From Thermoplasmata archaeon (GTDB lineage Archaea > Thermoplasmatota > Thermoplasmata > Lutacidiplasmatales > UBA184): a DNA stretch of 40,996 nucleotides. This document shows, one piece after another, positions 18,269 to 26,611 of this stretch. The position numbers and the translations under genes were made by a program. The DNA is taken from contig JASHTI010000159.1 of NCBI GenBank assembly GCA_030040625.1, positions 1-40,996 on the forward strand. Reading direction: 5' to 3'. Numbering within the stretch: position 1 is the first letter of the stretch; each line of letters starts with the position of its first letter. The notes under the pieces are model-generated. The model had not been told where the DNA came from. It saw nothing but the letters and a program-made list of their open reading frames with translations, and ran no database searches.

Positions 18269-18277
18269 TATATATAC
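18269..18277 (-). promoter_or_regulatory. TATA box (TATATATAG on + strand) for a leaderless transcript of the 17585-18244 gene
   Basis: The strongest AT run in the window, spaced 25-33 nt from the ATG at 18244. Confidence 0.55.
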
Positions 18278-18460
18278 ATTCGGCGACGGCCTGGATTCTG
18301 GAGCCCCTCCGGTCCCCCGGAACCCCCGTTTCTCTGACGGAGAACCACGGTCCTCGGACCCCCTCCTCCGCGGCGGGCCCGGCGGCGGTGTCGCCGGCGC
18401 CCGCCAGAACGGGGTTCAAATACCACTGAGCCTGTTCGGACGTTCCCCGAGGGACCCCGG

Positions 18461-19039
18461 ATGACCGAGAAGAAGCGGCTTCCCCGACTGTTTTACGTCT
18501 TCCTCGGGATCGCGACGCTCACCCTCCTCACCGGGTTCACGATCGGGGCGCTGACGCTCGGCGGGTTCGGCTCCAGCCCCCGGCAGGCGAGCGCGCAGGT
18601 CGTCATCCCCGGCCCACCCGCCGGCCTTACCTTCCCGCTGGCCGAAGCGGTCTTCGTCACCGCCTCCAGCAGCCCCGCCGTCGGCGCCTGCGCGGCGTCG
18701 AACTTGGGGACCCAGCTCGCGCCGACGCCGCTCGTGAACGGCAAGAACACGACGATCTGCCTGGCGACGGTCACCGATGGCTTCGCCCTCGGCGACACCG
18801 CCTACATCCTGGACCTGGAGTGGAACAAGACCGCGGCGATCTCCACGACCTTCGAGGTCCAGGTGTTCATCTCCGCGAGCCCGTCGAGCAACGATGTCCT
18901 GGTGACGTCGTTCGTCAACACGACCGCGACGATCACGACCGAGGAGATCGCTACCTTCGCGATCGACCTGACCGCCGCCGACGACAGCGGGGTCACCGGT
19001 TTCAACGTCCTGGTCACTCAGCTCGCCACGCCGCCGTAG
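18461..19039 (+). CDS. hypothetical membrane-anchored surface protein (192 aa)
   Basis: N-terminal signal-anchor (LFYVFLGIATLTLLTGFTIGALTLGG) followed by a Thr/Ala/Val-rich beta-type domain with N-x-T sequons (NTT, NKT, NTT). No family recognised. Confidence 0.6.
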   Translation: MTEKKRLPRLFYVFLGIATLTLLTGFTIGALTLGGFGSSPRQASAQVVIPGPPAGLTFPLAEAVFVTASSSPAVGACAASNLGTQLAPTPLVNGKNTTICLATVTDGFALGDTAYILDLEWNKTAAISTTFEVQVFISASPSSNDVLVTSFVNTTATITTEEIATFAIDLTAADDSGVTGFNVLVTQLATPP

Positions 19040-19051
19040 GGCGGCCCCGAA

Positions 19052-19630
19052 CTAGGCGGCGGCCCGCCGCGGGCGCGCGACCTTCTGGAGCGCGGCGACC
19101 GCCGGCCGCCACTCCTCGTCCTCGATATGGAACTCGAGGTCGGCGAGCCCCTCGAGCCCCCGGGGGAACGGCACCAGCGAACGGGTCAGGTAGACGTGCG
19201 CGAACGGCCCGCCGGTCGGGCCGCCCCAGCTCCGGCCCTGGTCGACGACCCCCCGGAACTCGTAGTACTCCGGAGCCGGGACCAGCCAGGCGACGGAGTC
19301 GTCCGTTCCCTTCACGCGACCCCCCCGTGAGTAGACCTGCAATCCGAGGTGCTGGGCGACGGTGCTGGGAAGCGTGAACAGCAGCCGATCCCCGGGCCGC
19401 GCCGTGGCGAGCAGCCGCTCCCGGACCGTCTCGACCGCGAGCGCCTCGCGCGCCGGGTACGTCGCGACGACCCGGGCGATCCCGGAGCCGCGCGCGAGGA
19501 AGGAGATCGAGCGGGCCGCGGTCGCCCCCTTCTCGGCCCGGGGCTCGTAGCAGATCAGCTGGCCGACCTCGGTCGGCAGCTGCATGGTGAGCCAGGTCGG
19601 GTGGCTCGCCCGGACGACGACGTACTCCAT
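19052..19630 (-). CDS. hypothetical protein (192 aa)
   Basis: ORF with good coding character. A TATA-like GTATAAGA (+ strand 19653-19660) lies 23-30 nt upstream of the ATG. No confident family; the segment LLFTLPSTVAQHLGL weakly resembles an AbrB/SpoVT-like strand-turn. Confidence 0.5.
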   Translation of the reverse strand: MEYVVVRASHPTWLTMQLPTEVGQLICYEPRAEKGATAARSISFLARGSGIARVVATYPAREALAVETVRERLLATARPGDRLLFTLPSTVAQHLGLQVYSRGGRVKGTDDSVAWLVPAPEYYEFRGVVDQGRSWGGPTGGPFAHVYLTRSLVPFPRGLEGLADLEFHIEDEEWRPAVAALQKVARPRRAAA

Positions 19631-19734
19631 CCGACCGCCGAGCCCGGGAGCCGTATAAGAAAGCTAACGAACGCTCGGCCCCGGGTGGGAGGTGTCGCCC
19701 GGCCGCGCACGGAACCGATCGCGGACGGGATCGG

Positions 19735-19965
19735 CTAGCGCCGGCCGCCGGATCCGAGGAGCAGCCCCCCGACCCACAGGCTGACGATGCCGATCGCCGC
19801 GACCCCGAGCGCCCGCTCCAGCGTCCCGGAGGCCGACGGGATCGTCCCGCCGATCACGAACAGACCGACGAGCGTGAGGAGTACGCCGAGCGCAATCTTC
19901 GCGCCCCGCGAGAGGCGCGGCGGCCGTCGTGGCGGCGCGCTCGCCGGCGGGGACCCCTCCGTCAC
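19735..19965 (-). CDS. small 2-TM membrane protein (76 aa)
   Basis: A Pro/Arg-rich N terminus followed by two hydrophobic helices. It lies directly downstream of the antiporter gene on the same strand. Confidence 0.45.
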   Translation of the reverse strand: MTEGSPPASAPPRRPPRLSRGAKIALGVLLTLVGLFVIGGTIPSASGTLERALGVAAIGIVSLWVGGLLLGSGGRR

Positions 19966-20016
19966 CGCATCCCCCCGGGACCGGGGGCAGATAGGCGCTG
20001 CGTGCGCCCCGGTTCG

Positions 20017-21333
20017 CTAGGGCTCCGCCGGGAGCGGGGGGACCTCGGGGGGCATCGAGGAGCCCAGCCACGGCCGCAGGCGCTCGTCGCTCGGCGAGCG
20101 ACCTCGCTCGCCGACCCCGCGGAGGAACGGTTTGGCCCCGATCGGGGCGAGGAGCGTCGTCACGAGACCGACCCCGGCGACGATCGTGAAGAGCGTTGCG
20201 TTGAAGATCCCGTCCGAGAGGAGCAGGACGGCCATCGCCAGCTCGACCGCGCCGCGGCTCGCTACGAGGAACCCCGCGCCCGCGGCGTCGCCCGCGGGCC
20301 AGCCGAGGGAGCGGGAGACGGCGCCCCCGATGAGGACCTTCGAGCCGAAGGCGAAAACGCAGAGACCGACGAACGCCGCGAACGCGGGGGCGCTCAGCAC
20401 GAGCAGCCGCAGGTCCATGCCGAGGCCGACCAGGGCGAAGAAGAGCGGGATGAAGAACCCCCAGGTGACGGTGTCGAAGACCCGCGAGATCTGGCGGTGC
20501 TCGCGGGCGCCGACGCTCTCGGGAGTGACGAGCAGGCCGGCGTAGAAGGCACCGACCAGGAACGTGAGGCCGATCGCCTGGGAGTAGAGCGCCGCGGCGA
20601 GCCCCGCGATCATGAGGAGGGCGAAGCCGGCCTCCCGGGAGTGCCACCCCTCCCGGACCCGGCGGACCCATCGGTCCCAGATGCGGAGCTGGCGGAGCGC
20701 ACGGAGCGCCTGGTGGACGGCGAGGATCGATGAGAGGAACACCGCGACGGTCACGGCGCCGATCGCCGCATCGGCCCCGGGGGCCGTTCCGCCACCGGCG
20801 ACGACCCGGAGCAGGACCGAGAACGTCGTCACGGCCGCGAGTTCGTTGATGAGCGCCCCGTTGAGCAGGTAGGTGCCGAACCGGCTCTGCAGGAGGCCGA
20901 GCTCCCGCAGCATCACCCCGAGGACGGGCAACGCCGTGATCGAGATCGTCAGCGCGACGAACAGCGTCGTCGACCAGGCCAGGGCCGGGTAGAGCAGGCG
21001 CACGACGGCCGCCCCGCTCAGGAACGGCACGACGAAGATCGCCACCCCCAGGAGGCCCGCCGAGAGCCCCGTCGCGCCGATCTGCTCCGGGGTCACCGCG
21101 AGACCGGCGGTCATCAGCACGAAGAAGGTCGCGAGGATCTCGAGGCCGTTCAGCTCGGAGGAGATGCTCCCGAGACCGAGGATCGGCCCCAGGAACGTCG
21201 GGCCGAGGATCACCCCGACCGCGAGCTGCCCCACGAGGGCGGCCTGCCCGAGCCGGCTCACCAGCTCCCCGGCGACGACCGCGCAGGCGACCAGGAGGAA
21301 CAGTCCGACGATGAACAGCGTGGTCGGATCCAC
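20017..21333 (-). CDS. cation:proton antiporter (CPA2 / Kef-NapA type; about 438 aa)
   Basis: A multi-TM protein with the typical N terminus (LFIVGLFLLVACAVVAGELVSRLGQAALVGQLAVGVILGP). I trimmed the track start (21441) to the GTG at 21333, which is preceded by GGAGAGGGG. Confidence 0.8.
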   Translation of the reverse strand: MDPTTLFIVGLFLLVACAVVAGELVSRLGQAALVGQLAVGVILGPTFLGPILGLGSISSELNGLEILATFFVLMTAGLAVTPEQIGATGLSAGLLGVAIFVVPFLSGAAVVRLLYPALAWSTTLFVALTISITALPVLGVMLRELGLLQSRFGTYLLNGALINELAAVTTFSVLLRVVAGGGTAPGADAAIGAVTVAVFLSSILAVHQALRALRQLRIWDRWVRRVREGWHSREAGFALLMIAGLAAALYSQAIGLTFLVGAFYAGLLVTPESVGAREHRQISRVFDTVTWGFFIPLFFALVGLGMDLRLLVLSAPAFAAFVGLCVFAFGSKVLIGGAVSRSLGWPAGDAAGAGFLVASRGAVELAMAVLLLSDGIFNATLFTIVAGVGLVTTLLAPIGAKPFLRGVGERGRSPSDERLRPWLGSSMPPEVPPLPAEP

Positions 21334-21506
21334 CGGTTCCCCTCTCCGCGCGGGTCCCCGGCCCCGGCGACCCGCGGACCGACCGGTCCGCGGTCGGCCG
21401 GGGCCCAGGCCGGCCGGCGTCGCCGGCTCCTCCCGGCCCACCCCTAACTAACTTTGTCCCGCACGGGCGGGGCGGGGGTGATTAGGCGGCCGGGATTCGG
21501 TCCGCG

Positions 21507-22049
21507 GTGCCCGTCCCCCGTCGTCGCGGAAGCTCTTCGCCGACCGTCGACGAGGAGGAGGCGCTCCGGTCCCGTCGCCGTCGGGCCACCGAGGAGGCGC
21601 TCGAGGTCCGACTCCGATCCGAGCGCCCGGTCGTGGAGCTCGAGGTCCGCAACCCCGCCCACGGAACGAGCTACCGGGTCTTCCTGCCGGAGTACCCGGA
21701 GCGGGCCTCGGCGCTCTGCACGTGCACGGATTTCGCCCGACGCGGGCTCGGTACCTGCAAGCACCTGGAGGCGGCCGTGGCCGCGTCCTCCGACCTCGCG
21801 GCCCTCCCCCGCGCTGCCGGCGGGGAACCGCCCGCGGTCCCGGTCGGGGAGCTCTGGGCCGAGCTCGAGCGGCTCCGCGCGGGACTCCTGCGGCACCCGC
21901 CCCGGGAGATCCGCGAGCTCGAGGCGGCCGGTCGGCCGATGTGGAGCCGCCCGAGCGGGGAGTTGAAGAAGGAAGGGGTCGAAGAAGGGGTTGGCCGCGG
22001 CCGGAGGGGCCCCGACCGCGCTACGTCGACATCCCCGGCGCGCCCTTGA
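21507..22049 (+). CDS. SWIM zinc-finger domain protein (180 aa, GTG start)
   Basis: CxCx(n)CxH signature read directly: ALCTCTDFARRGLGTCKHLEAAV. The remainder is Arg/Glu-rich and helical. The 3' end overlaps the convergent radical SAM gene by 29 nt. Confidence 0.6.
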   Translation: MPVPRRRGSSSPTVDEEEALRSRRRRATEEALEVRLRSERPVVELEVRNPAHGTSYRVFLPEYPERASALCTCTDFARRGLGTCKHLEAAVAASSDLAALPRAAGGEPPAVPVGELWAELERLRAGLLRHPPREIRELEAAGRPMWSRPSGELKKEGVEEGVGRGRRGPDRATSTSPARP

Positions 22050-23730
22050 GCGCCCGGATCTTGTAGTACTCAGGGTCGACGATGACCTCGCCGTTGACGC
22101 CCATCGTCTCGATCGTCTTCAGCTGCACGCCGCTCTGGGACTTGGCGCGCTGCCAGTCCGGGATCGGGATCGAGAACTTCTTCTCGACCTCCGTCCGGTA
22201 GATCGGGCCCGAGTTGTAGCTGCAGAACGGGATGACGCGCCCGTCCGGGACGGCGTAGTGGATGTCGCAGCGCATCAGGCGCTGGATATCGTAGTCGTAG
22301 GCGTCCTGGAAGTGCATGTTGCCGATGTAGAGCGTCCGCCAGGTGAACTTCGCGACGGCCTCCTTGTTCCCCTCGGTGAAGATCGAGGCGATCACGCGGA
22401 CGCAGTTCTTCTCGTTCAGCCCCTCCGGCGCCCGCGAGAAGTCGAAGTACTTCGCGACGTCGTGCAGGAGCTTCGCCCCGGCGACCGCCGTCCGGACCCG
22501 CGCGAAGCGCGCGTCCCGGTACTTCTCGATCATCGACTCGACGTTCTCGAAGAAGCCGTCGACGTCCATGAACCGCGGCAGCGGGGTGATCTTCTGGCCG
22601 TCCTGGCTGATGAAGGCGAACGTCGCGCAGCCGCAGCCGGGGTGCGTCGTGAGCGTCATCTTCTCCTCCCCGTGGATGATCGACGTCAGCTCGGAGATCG
22701 GCGCCACCGACGGGACCGGGAAGAAGTCCGACCGCTCGAACGGTCCGTCCGTGCAGAGGATGCGGACGAGGTCCGACTGGGTGAACCGCATCTGGAAGCG
22801 GTCCTTGTCGGGGATCCGCGCGGTCAGGGCGACCGGCTGGAAGTTGACCCCGCGGACGACGTCGATGTTGTCGATCGCGAAGCGGACCGTCGGCCAGATC
22901 TCCTTCTCGTTGAACCCGCCGACCAGCGTCGGGACGAGGACGACCGACAGCGGCTTGTCCGGCTTGCCCGCCGCGAGCTCGCTCGCCGGCGCGTGGGTCT
23001 CCCGGGCCGCCTGGATCGCCTTCTGCTTGACCTTCAGCAGGGGGACGCCGCGGACCTTGCGGTAGATCTCGTCGTCCAGCCCATCGAACTGCAGGTAGAG
23101 GGTGTGCAGCCCCGCGTCCCGGCACGCCTGGGCGAAGCCGGGCTCGTTGGCGACGCGGATGCCGTTCGTCGCGACCTGGATCTGCTTGAACCCGAGGTCC
23201 CGGGACATGCTGACCGCGTCCAGGAACAGCGGCGAGAGCGTCGGCTCCCCGCCCGAGAACTGGACGGCGACCGTGCCGACCGGCTTCTGCTCGCGGAGCG
23301 TCTTCAGCATGAAGTGGATCTGCTCGCGCGTCGGCTCGAAGACGTAGCCGGCCGCGTTCGCGTTCGCGAAGCAGACCGGGCACTTCAGGTTGCAGCGGTT
23401 GGTCAGATCGACCAGCGCCAGCCCCGTGTGGGACTTGTGGTGGCTGCACATCCCGCAGGTCGTCGGGCAGCCGCGGAACTTGTCGTAGTACGGGTTCTCG
23501 TAGCCGACCCCGTCGTGCGCGTAGACCTCCATCCGGAGGTAGAAGTCGACGTCGTTGGAGATGATGTCCCAGAAGTAGCCGTGGGCACGGCACGTCTTCT
23601 CCATGATGACGCGGCCCTCCTTCTCTCGAACGATCGCCGGGATGACCTTGATGCACTCCGGGCAGACGGAGGCGGTCTTGCGGGGCAGTCCCCGCGGGGC
23701 CTGGAACTCCTTCATCACACGCGCCGGCAT
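22021..23730 (-). CDS. tes: radical SAM protein, tetraether lipid synthase (Tes / GDGT-MAS, MJ0619-like) candidate (about 569 aa)
   Basis: N-terminal CPEC...C..H knuckle, auxiliary CPTTCGMCSHH, radical SAM LTNRCNLKCPVCFANA plus VQFSGGEPTL, and a large C-terminal domain with further Cys (HPGCGCATF, FCSYN). I prefer the ATG at 23730 because GGAG lies about 10 nt upstream. Confidence 0.65.
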   Translation of the reverse strand: MPARVMKEFQAPRGLPRKTASVCPECIKVIPAIVREKEGRVIMEKTCRAHGYFWDIISNDVDFYLRMEVYAHDGVGYENPYYDKFRGCPTTCGMCSHHKSHTGLALVDLTNRCNLKCPVCFANANAAGYVFEPTREQIHFMLKTLREQKPVGTVAVQFSGGEPTLSPLFLDAVSMSRDLGFKQIQVATNGIRVANEPGFAQACRDAGLHTLYLQFDGLDDEIYRKVRGVPLLKVKQKAIQAARETHAPASELAAGKPDKPLSVVLVPTLVGGFNEKEIWPTVRFAIDNIDVVRGVNFQPVALTARIPDKDRFQMRFTQSDLVRILCTDGPFERSDFFPVPSVAPISELTSIIHGEEKMTLTTHPGCGCATFAFISQDGQKITPLPRFMDVDGFFENVESMIEKYRDARFARVRTAVAGAKLLHDVAKYFDFSRAPEGLNEKNCVRVIASIFTEGNKEAVAKFTWRTLYIGNMHFQDAYDYDIQRLMRCDIHYAVPDGRVIPFCSYNSGPIYRTEVEKKFSIPIPDWQRAKSQSGVQLKTIETMGVNGEVIVDPEYYKIRALKGAPGMST

Positions 23731-23955
23731 TGCTGGTTCTCCGTTGCTCCCCGCCCCCCGAGGGGGCCGTGGGGTTAGGTGGCCCACCTACCCCGACCTA
23801 CATAACCCATCTGTCGTTCAGACAGCGACAGAACCCCCCTCCCCGTGACGAGCAATCGCACGGTTCGCCGAGCGACAACCGCCCCCGGGACGAGGCCGCG
23901 GGGGGGGACGGAGCCGCCTAGGTTATCGGCCCGTACGGCTCGGGAACGATCGTTC

Positions 23956-24516
23956 ATGGCCCCGCCGGCACGACGCAGAGCGCGCCCGCCCAAGGCAGCG
24001 TCCCGACGCGGTCGGCCCCGGCCGAAGCCAAGAGCCCGCCGGAAGGGGGGATTCGTCGGTCGGGACCCCTCACCTGTACTAGACAAGTACCCGCCCCGGC
24101 CCGGCGCGGCCGCTCGGCTCACCATCCCGACCGCGCCCCGGCCGGCCGCGGTCGCGGCCCTCCCGCCCCCCAGTGCACCGACCCCGCCGACGGCGGGTGC
24201 GTCCGGCGAGCCACCGGCCGGCCTGATCCGACTGGAGACCCCGTTCGACGTCGACGAGTTCTCGCGGATGCTCGGCGAGACCTCCCTGCGGATGACGGTC
24301 CCCCGGGACGCCCTGCCGGAGGTGCTGCGACGGGTGACCGAGTTCATGGGTTTCGGCATCTACGTCTATGCGGTCACGGTCCGACCCGCCCCCACGGAGC
24401 TCCTGAAGGGGTTCGTCGTCGATCTGCAGAGGGTAGAGTTCGACGCCGACTCCAACACCTGGAAGCCGTTCGTCGAGCGGGGCGCGCTTCCCGGGCCCGC
24501 GTCGCACGGGCCCTGA
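23956..24516 (+). CDS. hypothetical protein: Arg/Pro-rich disordered N-terminal half plus an ~90-aa globular C-terminal domain
   Basis: The C-terminal part (LIRLETPFDVDEFSRMLGETSLRMTVPRDALPEVLRRVTEFMGFGIYVYAVTVRPAP...) looks like a real fold, while the overlapping reverse-frame ORFs are R/G junk. The start codon is uncertain. Confidence 0.45.
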   Translation: MAPPARRRARPPKAASRRGRPRPKPRARRKGGFVGRDPSPVLDKYPPRPGAAARLTIPTAPRPAAVAALPPPSAPTPPTAGASGEPPAGLIRLETPFDVDEFSRMLGETSLRMTVPRDALPEVLRRVTEFMGFGIYVYAVTVRPAPTELLKGFVVDLQRVEFDADSNTWKPFVERGALPGPASHGP

Positions 24517-24598
24517 CCGCCGAGCCTCCGGGTCCAACACGCCGTGTCAGCGACACCAACCGCCCCCGACGGGCGGGTCCGCGAGCCGCCCGAGACTC

Positions 24599-26611
24599 CT
24601 AGCGCAGACGCGTGCCGCAGGCCGTGCAGAACGCCACCCGTTCGACTCGGTTGACCTGCCCACACCGCGGGCAGGCGATCGCTCCGGGGGGAAGGCGCGG
24701 GGGCCCCCGGGGGGTCGAAACCGCGGCGAGGGGGGGCTCTCCGCGCGGGCCCGCCGCGGCCGGTGGGTCCCCTCCGGCGCGCGCGGTGGCGGGGGTGGGC
24801 GGTACCCCCGGGACGGGTGGGGTCGCGGCGCTCCACAGGCCCGGCAGCGCCGCTCCGGAGGGGGCCCCGGCGCCCGGCGTCCCTCCGGCGCGAGGAGGCA
24901 TGCCCAGCCCCGCCGCGACGGCGGGCGGGATGACCCAGGCGGGCGCGTAGGGGCTGGCGAGGATCCCGCGGACCTGCGGAATGGTCGCGCTGAATCCGCG
25001 CATGATCGCCTCGCTGCCGGGCAGCACGTAGTGGAAGTTGAACCAGCCTCGTCGGGGAGGGACGACGCCGGGTTGGAGCTGCGACCAGGGGACCCGGAGC
25101 TCCCCCACGCGTCGATCGAGGATCACGCCGGCGGGAACGACGCCGATTGAACGCGGGAGCTGACCGAGCGACGTCCAGGCGACGACCGCGATGAACACGC
25201 CAAAGACGAGGGCGAGCACGATCGCGCTGGCGACGGCGGCCTGGGGGCTGCCGTCGGCGAACGAGAGGGCCAGGACCGGAACGAACACGACAAAGACCAC
25301 CACGAGGATCCCGAGCTGCTGGATGACCCGGGACCGTAATGCGGGCCCGCTCGGGAACCAGCCCGGGATCTCTCCCGGCCGGAGCTGAAACCCTTCGCCG
25401 AGCCGACGCTCCTGGTTGCGGCGGTGGCGGTTCCCGACCAGACCGGCGACCAGGGTGGGGACGAGAATGATCGTTCCGAGGATCAGCAGCAGCCCGAACC
25501 CGGTCAGGTGCGAGTACGTCGGGTTGATCAGGAGCGTCCAGGTCCCGTCCGCGTAGACCAGCGTCGACGTGAGGACCCCGGCGCTGACCGCGCCAGAGAA
25601 GTAGACGACGTAGTGGTCGACCGGATCGTCGACCAGGACAGCCCCGAACGACGCCTCGGGGCCACCCGGGGCGTTCAGCTGGGTCCAGCCGGTGGGCCCG
25701 AACGTCCACTCGCTGCGGAGGTAGCTGGCGTTGTAGCCATTGACCAGCAGTAGGTAGCCATCGCCGCTGTCGTAGGTCATCGGGGCCAGACGCCGCGGAC
25801 TCGGGGCCGGCCGGTCGGTCGCCGTCAGGTTCGTCCAGTTCCCGGCGTGGTAGGACCAGGTGTCCCCCATGGACGCGGCCGAACTCCCGCCGCCGCCGAA
25901 GAGGACCACCGAGGTCGTCGCCGGGTCGTAGGCCATCGAGGCCCCGAAGCGAGGGCTCGGCGTCGGGGAGCTCACGTTGCCGACCTTCGACCAACGCCCG
26001 GAGGCGAACCCCCACTCGTCGTTCAGGAGAGTGCTGCCGGTCCCCGTCCCACCGAACAGGAAGACGTAGCCGTCGGTCGGATCGTACGTCATCATGGTAC
26101 GACCGCGGCCGGGCGGCGGGGTCGGCTGATTGCCGGTCAGGTTCGTCCAGCTGTCATGCGCGTAGCCCCAGGTCTGGTTGGAGACGAGCGTGCACGCGAG
26201 GTTCAGGCACCCTCCGAAGAGCAGGACGTAGCCGGCGACCGGGTCGTAGGCCAGGCCCTCCCCCCAGCGCGCGGAGGGGGCGGGCCCGACCGCCGACGTG
26301 AGATTCGTCCAGTTGCTGTGGACGAACGACCAGGTCCACGGCACGACCTTCCCGGCCGGGTCGAGGCCCCCGAACATGAGCGCGTAGCCGTCCGCGGTGT
26401 CGAAGGCGGCGGCCGCGCCCACCGTCGGGGGAGGAGAGACTCCGTTGGAGTGCCGGACGACGGACGTCGCCTCCGCCCGGCCGATCGCCCCATGGATTGG
26501 GAGGGGACTGATCAGGAGCGCCGCGATCCCGAGGGCGGCGAGGGCCGCCGTGGCCGCCTTGCGCGCGCGGCTCCGGCCTCGAGCCGCGGCGTCCGCCGGA
26601 GGCCGGTTCAT
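24599..26611 (-). CDS. multidomain membrane protein: signal peptide, six-bladed Kelch beta-propeller, TM, TM-hairpin plus PH-like domain, Pro-rich linker, C-terminal zinc ribbon (about 670 aa)
   Basis: I trimmed the 853-aa track ORF to the ATG at 26611 (MNRPPADAA...ALAALGIAALLISP signal). That ATG overlaps the upstream gene's stop as ATGA. There are six repeats of the (Y.LLFGG ... W..LT) type, and the protein ends in CPRCG-x12-CTACG. Confidence 0.75.
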   Translation of the reverse strand: MNRPPADAAARGRSRARKAATAALAALGIAALLISPLPIHGAIGRAEATSVVRHSNGVSPPPTVGAAAAFDTADGYALMFGGLDPAGKVVPWTWSFVHSNWTNLTSAVGPAPSARWGEGLAYDPVAGYVLLFGGCLNLACTLVSNQTWGYAHDSWTNLTGNQPTPPPGRGRTMMTYDPTDGYVFLFGGTGTGSTLLNDEWGFASGRWSKVGNVSSPTPSPRFGASMAYDPATTSVVLFGGGGSSAASMGDTWSYHAGNWTNLTATDRPAPSPRRLAPMTYDSGDGYLLLVNGYNASYLRSEWTFGPTGWTQLNAPGGPEASFGAVLVDDPVDHYVVYFSGAVSAGVLTSTLVYADGTWTLLINPTYSHLTGFGLLLILGTIILVPTLVAGLVGNRHRRNQERRLGEGFQLRPGEIPGWFPSGPALRSRVIQQLGILVVVFVVFVPVLALSFADGSPQAAVASAIVLALVFGVFIAVVAWTSLGQLPRSIGVVPAGVILDRRVGELRVPWSQLQPGVVPPRRGWFNFHYVLPGSEAIMRGFSATIPQVRGILASPYAPAWVIPPAVAAGLGMPPRAGGTPGAGAPSGAALPGLWSAATPPVPGVPPTPATARAGGDPPAAAGPRGEPPLAAVSTPRGPPRLPPGAIACPRCGQVNRVERVAFCTACGTRLR

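Noticed and set aside
18411-18424. GGGGTTCAAATACC resembles a tRNA T-arm/T-loop.
   Set aside because: No complementary 3' half of the T stem follows, and no acceptor, D or anticodon stems can be drawn around it. It lies 40 nt upstream of the ATG at 18461 and is more simply a TATA-like promoter element.
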